From IMG/VR virus record IMGVR_UViG_3300034095_000291, positions 1 to 32,426 of that record: a stretch of 32,426 nucleotides of DNA; one strand, given 5' to 3'. Below the pieces are notes generated by a model. That model worked only from the letters and a program-made list of their open reading frames with translations, searched no databases and was not told the DNA's origin. Of the stretch, positions 27,100 to 32,426 are shown piece by piece. How positions within the stretch are numbered: the first letter of the stretch is position 1; every line of letters starts with the position of its first letter. This DNA is from a virus (lineage: Duplodnaviria; Caudoviricetes). A program made the translations under genes and the position numbers.

Positions 27100-27600
27100 A
27101 TGGCAGAGGCATTATTAATAGGGAAAGCAGATTTGCAGTCTTACACAGCATTAAATGGTAATGTTGACACGGACAAAATAATACAATTTATAAAGATTGC
27201 TCAGGATATTTGGGTGTTACAATACGTAGGTACTGACTTAATGACTAAAATTAAAGCAGATATAGTTGCAAGTACGTTAACAGGTAATTATGCTACGTTG
27301 GTAAATACGTATTTAAAGCCTATGTTGATACACTTTACAATGGTGGAATACTTACCATTCGCAGCTTATTCGATATCTAACAAGGGACTTTATAAACATA
27401 GTTCTGAGAATGCTGAGATAGTAAGCAAGGAAGAGGTAGATTATTTAGTTGAGAAAGAAAAACGTATTGCTGAAAATTACGCGCAAAGATTCTTAGATTA
27501 TATGTGTGACAATGAAGCGCTATTTCCTGAGTATCAAACCAACACTAACGGGGATGTTGTACCACAAAAAAAGAATTACTTATCAAATTGGTATATATGA
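27100..27600 (+). CDS. Putative head-tail adaptor
   Basis: Helical 166 aa directly after portal. Confidence 0.6.
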   Translation: MAEALLIGKADLQSYTALNGNVDTDKIIQFIKIAQDIWVLQYVGTDLMTKIKADIVASTLTGNYATLVNTYLKPMLIHFTMVEYLPFAAYSISNKGLYKHSSENAEIVSKEEVDYLVEKEKRIAENYAQRFLDYMCDNEALFPEYQTNTNGDVVPQKKNYLSNWYI

Positions 27601-27728
27601 TTAGAGAGGTATACAAGCCTAAACAAAACAATGTAGTTAAATTAGAGTTATATCTTAAGAAGATAAATAAAGATGGCAAACAAAAAGATAAGCGAGTTAA
27701 CACCGAAAGCAGCACAGTTACAAGATGA
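27597..27728 (+). CDS. Small basic protein (43 aa, not in ORF track)
   Basis: MIREVYKPKQNNVVKLELYLKK; ATGA coupling. Confidence 0.5.
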   Translation: MIREVYKPKQNNVVKLELYLKKINKDGKQKDKRVNTESSTVTR

Positions 27729-28128
27729 TGATCTGTTAATGGTATCGGATTATAACGGTGCTACGTACGATACTAAATCTATTACAGGCGCTAATATAAG
27801 ACCATATACAACGGTAATGTTTAATATTAGTCAAACTAGTACATCTGCACCAACAAAGAATTACAGCTACGAAACAGAAGTATCTCAAACTTTTACACTT
27901 GCTAGATTAGCTACTGGAGCTTATACGTTAACAGCATCAAGTGCATTATTTACATCTAGTAAAACATATGTAAGTATAACTTTAGGGAGTGGTCCAAACG
28001 GAACTTGTGTAAGAGCTGAGAGAAGTACATCTACAGTTATAGACTTTGGGACAAGTGATGGTGCTACGGGTAACTTTATAGATAGTGCATTAACAAACGC
28101 AACATTAGAAATCAAAATAATAAAATAA
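27673..28128 (+). CDS. Fibre-like structural protein
   Basis: MANKKISELT..DDLL..TKSI N-terminus; R.ATG.Y.L beta domain. Confidence 0.6.
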   Translation: MANKKISELTPKAAQLQDDDLLMVSDYNGATYDTKSITGANIRPYTTVMFNISQTSTSAPTKNYSYETEVSQTFTLARLATGAYTLTASSALFTSSKTYVSITLGSGPNGTCVRAERSTSTVIDFGTSDGATGNFIDSALTNATLEIKIIK

Positions 28129-28131
28129 GAT

Positions 28132-28401
28132 ATGAGTTTACCAAATTTAGACAGATTAGTTGCTACGAAAGGAACTTTAATAATTAACGATACTACGGAA
28201 GTAAATCAAATAATTGCTGGAATTTTCGTATTAGAAGACACGGTTTTCAATGCTATTAAAGTTGATGGTATTGATGTTAAAAATTCATATATTTCTACTC
28301 CAGCTACAGCAATAAAAGCTGGTGCTTTAATTACAGGAAAAGGCGTGCTATTCAGCGGAGTTGATTTAACAAGCGGATCGGTTAGCTTAATATTAGGTTA
28401 G
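28132..28401 (+). CDS. Small beta-rich virion protein
   Basis: LTSGSV C-terminus, context. Confidence 0.55.
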   Translation: MSLPNLDRLVATKGTLIINDTTEVNQIIAGIFVLEDTVFNAIKVDGIDVKNSYISTPATAIKAGALITGKGVLFSGVDLTSGSVSLILG

Positions 28402-28402
28402 T

Positions 28403-29161
28403 ATGATATACGGATACGGATATGTAAATAATCATATGCCTACTTTGAAGGCTACAGTAATGCGAGGTGGGAGTATAGCTCCTTCTTCCTTACTTACTGG
28501 GCTTTATGCTGTATATAAAGGTGAATCTAACACAAATGATTCTTTAGGTAATTACAACGGAACACCATACGGAGGGTTAACTTATAGCGGTGGAAAGAGT
28601 GGCAATGCTTTTAATTTAAATGGAACTACTGCTTATGTTAGTCTTCCAAATGATTCATTTAATTTTACTGGCAATGTCACTGGCAATTTCAGTATTTCAT
28701 GTTGGATTAATTTAAATTCTGTTAGTGGAAATCAAGCTATATTTTCAAATTTATCATATTTAGCTGGTGTTTCAAATGGTTGGTTTTTATTAATGAGGAA
28801 TAATAAGTTATACTTTGAATTTTATCAAAGTAATGGAACTTACGATTATTTAACTAGTAACACAAATTTAAGTACATCAGCATGGTATCATATTAGTGTA
28901 GTTAGAGTTTTTTCTCAGTCTACTAAAATATACATTAATGGTGCTTTAGATATATCTAATTCTTCTACATATAATCCATCTTACGCATCAGGAATTCCAA
29001 TACCATCGGCGATAGGAGCGTGGAAATACGACGCTTTAACTGCAATAATGTATTTAAATGGAAAAATTGATGAAGTAAACGTATGGAATAGAGAATTAAC
29101 AGCAACAGAAGTAACAACATTATACAATAGTGGAACTGGTAAGTTCTACCCAACATTTTAA
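28403..29161 (+). CDS. LamG/concanavalin A-like jelly-roll protein
   Basis: FSISCWI, WYHI, KIYING, GKIDEV.VWNREL..EV..LYN. Confidence 0.9.
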   Translation: MIYGYGYVNNHMPTLKATVMRGGSIAPSSLLTGLYAVYKGESNTNDSLGNYNGTPYGGLTYSGGKSGNAFNLNGTTAYVSLPNDSFNFTGNVTGNFSISCWINLNSVSGNQAIFSNLSYLAGVSNGWFLLMRNNKLYFEFYQSNGTYDYLTSNTNLSTSAWYHISVVRVFSQSTKIYINGALDISNSSTYNPSYASGIPIPSAIGAWKYDALTAIMYLNGKIDEVNVWNRELTATEVTTLYNSGTGKFYPTF

Positions 29162-29164
29162 ATT

Positions 29165-29401
29165 ATGATTAAAGTAAGAGAATTAACAGAACAACAAAAA
29201 GACATTTTAATAGGTCAAGTTTGGGGATTTCAAGGACAATTATTTAATCCACAAATTGATGCGGACGGAAAGTGGTTTATTTCAAATGAAGAGGTGAATG
29301 GATGTACATTAGCACAAGCGGAGTCTATACCTTGTGATGCGTGGTTGTTAACTTTACCTGAGATTGATTATAATCCAGTTATTTCTGAATTTCCATTATA
29401 A
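29165..29401 (+). CDS. Hypothetical protein associated with LamG gene
   Basis: FNPQIDADGKWFISNEE. Confidence 0.7.
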   Translation: MIKVRELTEQQKDILIGQVWGFQGQLFNPQIDADGKWFISNEEVNGCTLAQAESIPCDAWLLTLPEIDYNPVISEFPL

Positions 29402-30081
29402 TGCAAGAAATAAGTAGTATATTAAATTCTAAGTTATCACCGATTATGATATTTATATTGGTGGTATTAGTAGTTGTATTATATTACTTTCATAAACCTA
29501 TATCGACATGGTTTACTTCATTAATTAAACGTAAAGAGAAAATACAAGATATTAAGTCTTTGAAGAGTCATGATCTCTTTTCAACTTTGCAACGTGTAAA
29601 ACAAGAAGCAATGTTTCTTAAATTTTTCTCTCATGGAAAATATGATGAAACTAAATCTAGAATGTCTGCGGATTTCGTGAGGTTTAAGTGCTTAGTTTGT
29701 TACGACAAATTTCAATCGTTTTTAGATAATGATTTTAGTAAGTTATCTAGTGATGAATTAAAGCAGTTAATACTTTCTTCGCTTTGGAATATGCACGAAA
29801 TTTATATAGATAAAATTAGAACTCATTGGTTAAGTAAAGGAATTAAACACGAAGATGTAAATTATGTAATAGAATTATTTGAGTCATTTAGACATGGAGT
29901 TGTGATGGGATTCCAACATAGAACTGAAGCTATCTTTGCATGTGAACATTACGATAGTCATTTTAAAAAAATACTTGCATCTTACAACATCTTTGCATTT
30001 GGAATTGATTTACTTCCTAAAGACTTACAGGATACGTTTGAAGCAATTAACGGAAAGTTTGCGAATATAGCATATAATTAG
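29401..30081 (+). CDS. Single-pass membrane protein at start of lysis region
   Basis: TM IMIFILVVLVVVLYYF followed by basic KRKEK. Confidence 0.7.
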   Translation: MQEISSILNSKLSPIMIFILVVLVVVLYYFHKPISTWFTSLIKRKEKIQDIKSLKSHDLFSTLQRVKQEAMFLKFFSHGKYDETKSRMSADFVRFKCLVCYDKFQSFLDNDFSKLSSDELKQLILSSLWNMHEIYIDKIRTHWLSKGIKHEDVNYVIELFESFRHGVVMGFQHRTEAIFACEHYDSHFKKILASYNIFAFGIDLLPKDLQDTFEAINGKFANIAYN

Positions 30082-30175
30082 TATATTTACATTGGAGTTA
30101 AGATTTAGCGGTCTTATGCAAAAGGTTCACGTTCCTGCTCCATTCTTTTTTTAACAACGTGAATAAAAACGTAAA
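30082..30175 (+). ncRNA. Promoter-like site plus pseudoknotted leader of HNH gene
   Basis: TATATTTA; stems TGGAG/CTCCA, TAAGAT/GTCTTA, AGG/CCT; loop TTCACGTT complementary to AACGTGAA. Confidence 0.55.
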
Positions 30176-30178
30176 ATT

Positions 30179-30691
30179 ATGCAAGAAGAAATTTGGAAAG
30201 ATATACCTGGTTATGAAGGATTATATCAAGTGAGCAACTTAGGTAATATTAAAAGCTTATCAAGAGAAATTAAAAGAAATGGCTTTTATATTTCTAAAGA
30301 AAAGATACTTAAACATAACGTTAATAATGGTGGGTATTTATATGTAAATTTATTTAAAGATAAAATTGGTAAAACTAAATATATCCATTCGTTAGTAGCT
30401 ATTGCTTTTTTAAACCATATCCCAAATGGGACTCAAGAAATAGTTGTAGATCATATTGATTCTAATAAAAAAAATAATAGATTAGATAACCTACAATTAA
30501 TTACTCAAAGAGAAAATACATCAAAACTAAAAAGAGGAGTTTCAAAATATACAGGTGTTTGCTGGTGTAAAAAAGAGAGAGTTTTTAAAGCTTCAATATT
30601 AATAGATAAAAAAAGAATTAACTTAGGAAGTTTTAAATGTGAAACATCTGCACATTTAGCATATCAAAATAAACTAAAACAAATAATATGA
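30179..30691 (+). CDS. NUMOD4-HNH-AP2 homing endonuclease
   Basis: EEIWKDIPGYEGLYQVSNLG; VDHID.NK.NNRLDNL..EN; SKYTGVCW..LGSF. Confidence 0.93.
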   Translation: MQEEIWKDIPGYEGLYQVSNLGNIKSLSREIKRNGFYISKEKILKHNVNNGGYLYVNLFKDKIGKTKYIHSLVAIAFLNHIPNGTQEIVVDHIDSNKKNNRLDNLQLITQRENTSKLKRGVSKYTGVCWCKKERVFKASILIDKKRINLGSFKCETSAHLAYQNKLKQII

Positions 30692-30903
30692 ATATTTTAC
30701 AAAGAATAAAAGCAAGAACACCAAGAAAAAACAAGCTAGGTGTAAAGGTAGCTGCAGTATTAGGTGCAGTTGCATTAAGTGTAGCAGAAAGCGGTGCTGT
30801 AGATAACAGACCAGTAATAAAGATTGCATTAGAGGTACTATCAGTTAAATTAGGTGCAATAGCAGTTTATAACGCTCAAAAAGTTGAGGATGATAACAAC
30901 TAA
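30688..30903 (+). CDS. Putative holin
   Basis: Basic N-terminus (R.KARTP), two hydrophobic helices, charged C-terminus, overlaps endolysin. Confidence 0.65.
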   Translation: MNILQRIKARTPRKNKLGVKVAAVLGAVALSVAESGAVDNRPVIKIALEVLSVKLGAIAVYNAQKVEDDNN

Positions 30904-31357
30904 GCAACTAATATCTAAGTACGGTAAGCCAAATGTAACAGGGGAAGGATATCTAGTTACTATAAATTTACCTTATCCTATGCGTTTAGCTTGGGATTTA
31001 AATACAAAAGTATCTAGAATGAGTTGTCATAAACTTGTTGCAGATAAATTTTTAGGAGTATTTAATGACTTACTAGCACATTATGGCTACGAAAAAATAG
31101 TTTTGCTAGGAATTGACCTTTTTGGTGGTTGTTTCAACTTTCGCAAAATGCGAGGTGGTTCAGATTGGAGTAGACATTCGTGGGGTGTAGCAGTAGATCT
31201 TGATCCAGCTAGGAACTTATTAAAAGAAACTTCTAAAACAGCACGTTTTGCAAGACCTGAATACCAAGAAATGATTTATATTTTCTACAAGCATGGATTT
31301 GTATCTTTAGGTAAAGAGAAGGGGTATGATTTTATGCACTTCGAGATAAAAGAATAA
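30890..31357 (+). CDS. Endolysin, peptidase M15 family
   Basis: R..RGG..SRHSWGVAVD..DFMHFE; start ATG 30890. Confidence 0.9.
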   Translation: MITTKQLISKYGKPNVTGEGYLVTINLPYPMRLAWDLNTKVSRMSCHKLVADKFLGVFNDLLAHYGYEKIVLLGIDLFGGCFNFRKMRGGSDWSRHSWGVAVDLDPARNLLKETSKTARFARPEYQEMIYIFYKHGFVSLGKEKGYDFMHFEIKE

Positions 31358-31385
31358 CAACACATACTATAGAATAGTACGTTCG

Positions 31386-31419
31386 ACGCAATCTCAAAAG
31401 GGTTGCGTTTATTTTTTTT
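31386..31419 (+). terminator. Rho-independent terminator ending late region
   Basis: ACGCAATC/GGTTGCGT stem plus long T tract. Confidence 0.88.
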
Positions 31420-31441
31420 AAAGTTTTTTCTTGAATTGTTA

Positions 31442-31488
31442 TTTTATTATAATAAAAGTATTATATTTGTAAGGTATTAACAATTTAA
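31442..31488 (+). promoter_or_regulatory. Bacteroidota sigmaA promoter (early) with 16-bp palindrome
   Basis: TATATTTG at 31462-31469; TTTTATTATAATAAAA at 31442-31457. Confidence 0.75.
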
Positions 31489-31499
31489 AATATAAAAAG

Positions 31500-31637
31500 A
31501 TGTTAGAATTGATTATAGGAGGTTTTATTTATTACATGATAAATACTATCGAAAAGGAAAGAAAAGTCCTTAAACGTGTTAAGAATGCAAATAAAGAGCT
31601 GTTTACGGATGATAGACCAAAATACATTAACATATGA
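31500..31637 (+). CDS. 45-aa protein with hydrophobic N-terminus (not in ORF track)
   Basis: MLELIIGGFIYYMINTIEKERK..; first ORF after promoter. Confidence 0.6.
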   Translation: MLELIIGGFIYYMINTIEKERKVLKRVKNANKELFTDDRPKYINI

Positions 31638-31699
31638 CATTAGCAAAAGTGATATTAGCGATTATAGTAATAACGATTACAATACTATTTATATTATGA
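31634..31699 (+). CDS. 21-aa hydrophobic peptide
   Basis: MTLAKVILAIIVITITILFIL; ATGA overlaps at both ends. Confidence 0.55.
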   Translation: MTLAKVILAIIVITITILFIL

Positions 31700-31989
31700 C
31701 AAGTGATTACGCGAAAAAACTAGCTACGGAAGATTTAACACGTAGACTACAAAGACAGCCTTTCAACACTACAATACTAAACGAGTTGAATAAACGTGCG
31801 ACAAGGATTAGTAAGTGCCAAATAGAAGGTCAAAAAAGACTAGATAAAGAGAAAGCAAAGTATTTTAGTAAAGCAGTGTTAGGTTGCAAAGATGCTGCTT
31901 ATGCAACGGAAGACGAGATGTTAAACGGTTTTACTTGTTGTTATGAAGACTTAAGCCCTAGTGAGAAAATATTATATAATAAGTTATGA
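31696..31989 (+). CDS. Hypothetical protein
   Basis: Start moved to ATG 31696 (MTSDYAKK) by ATGA coupling. Confidence 0.65.
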   Translation: MTSDYAKKLATEDLTRRLQRQPFNTTILNELNKRATRISKCQIEGQKRLDKEKAKYFSKAVLGCKDAAYATEDEMLNGFTCCYEDLSPSEKILYNKL

Positions 31990-32213
31990 GAAAAAAATGC
32001 TTCACCTGTCGAAATAACTACCCAATGGTTATGTATCATTTAGATGACTCTAAGTATAAGATAAAAGCAAATAAGGGTAAGACTATCGAATGCAGATTTT
32101 GTAGCCTTAAACGCAACCTAAACGATAAAGGGTTTACGCATCGTATAGATGGGAAGTTTACATTTACGCACGCAACCAAAACACAAATACTAATTAATTT
32201 TTTTAAATTATGA
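31986..32213 (+). CDS. Zinc-ribbon protein
   Basis: CFTC and CRFC pairs. Confidence 0.65.
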   Translation: MRKKCFTCRNNYPMVMYHLDDSKYKIKANKGKTIECRFCSLKRNLNDKGFTHRIDGKFTFTHATKTQILINFFKL

Positions 32214-32426
32214 AAACAACAATAGATTGGTTAATAAAAGATATGCAAGAACTTAAGAAAACAAAGTTTAAATGTATTGATGATTGTTTATTCTTGGCCG
32301 AATATTATAAGAAAGAAGAACGTAATCAATTAATAGACTTCTTCTTGTTCTTTCGAGACAACGGAGAAAATCACATTGGATTAACAATTAATGAATTTGT
32401 AGATTTATATTTAAAAAGCAACGTAA
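32210..32426 (+). CDS. 77-aa protein spanning the circular junction (ends at TAG 140-142)
   Basis: MKTTIDWLIK..KSNVTTESL reads through the overlap into the window start. Confidence 0.75.
   Translation, partial: MKTTIDWLIKDMQELKKTKFKCIDDCLFLAEYYKKEERNQLIDFFLFFRDNGENHIGLTINEFVDLYLKSNV
32302..32426. repeat. Terminal direct repeat, right copy
   Basis: Identical to 1-125. Confidence 0.97.

Noticed and set aside
2447-29156. All minus-strand ORFs in the track
   Set aside because: They lie antisense to well-supported + genes, have shadow-like composition and no recognisable motifs
28403-29161. Diversity-generating retroelement target in the lectin gene
   Set aside because: No reverse transcriptase and no template/variable repeat pair seen
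32302-32426. 125-bp repeat as physical terminal repeat
   Set aside because: It falls mid-ORF and its length fits an assembler overlap; the terminase type suggests headful packaging

Overview
The window is an apparently complete ~32.3 kb genome (32,301 bp unique plus a 125-bp terminal overlap) of an AT-rich tailed phage, probably a siphovirus. Its host is probably Bacteroidota/Flavobacteriia, judged by TAnnTTTG promoters, a DUF3127-type SSB and AT-rich starts without Shine-Dalgarno motifs. All credible genes are on the + strand. Layout: metallophosphoesterase; a ~530-bp non-coding control region (origin-like inverted repeats, Fur-box-like palindrome, promoter, pseudoknotted attenuator); a replication/recombination module (primase-less SF3 helicase, SF2 helicase, VRR-NUC, exonuclease, SSBs, RlpA-like protein, ECF-like sigma factor); terminase; a rearranged morphogenesis module; fibre/lectin genes; a lysis cassette interrupted by an HNH gene; and small early genes. 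No integrase, repressor, DNA polymerase, primase, tRNA or CRISPR array was recognised. The most notable signals are regulatory: an origin/Fur-like box/kissing-loop attenuator stack in front of the replication operon, an ACAAA-N14-GTTA late promoter set matching the phage sigma factor, a structured RNA leader on the HNH gene, and a -1 frameshift pair. Protein calls come from motif recognition by eye, not database searches.
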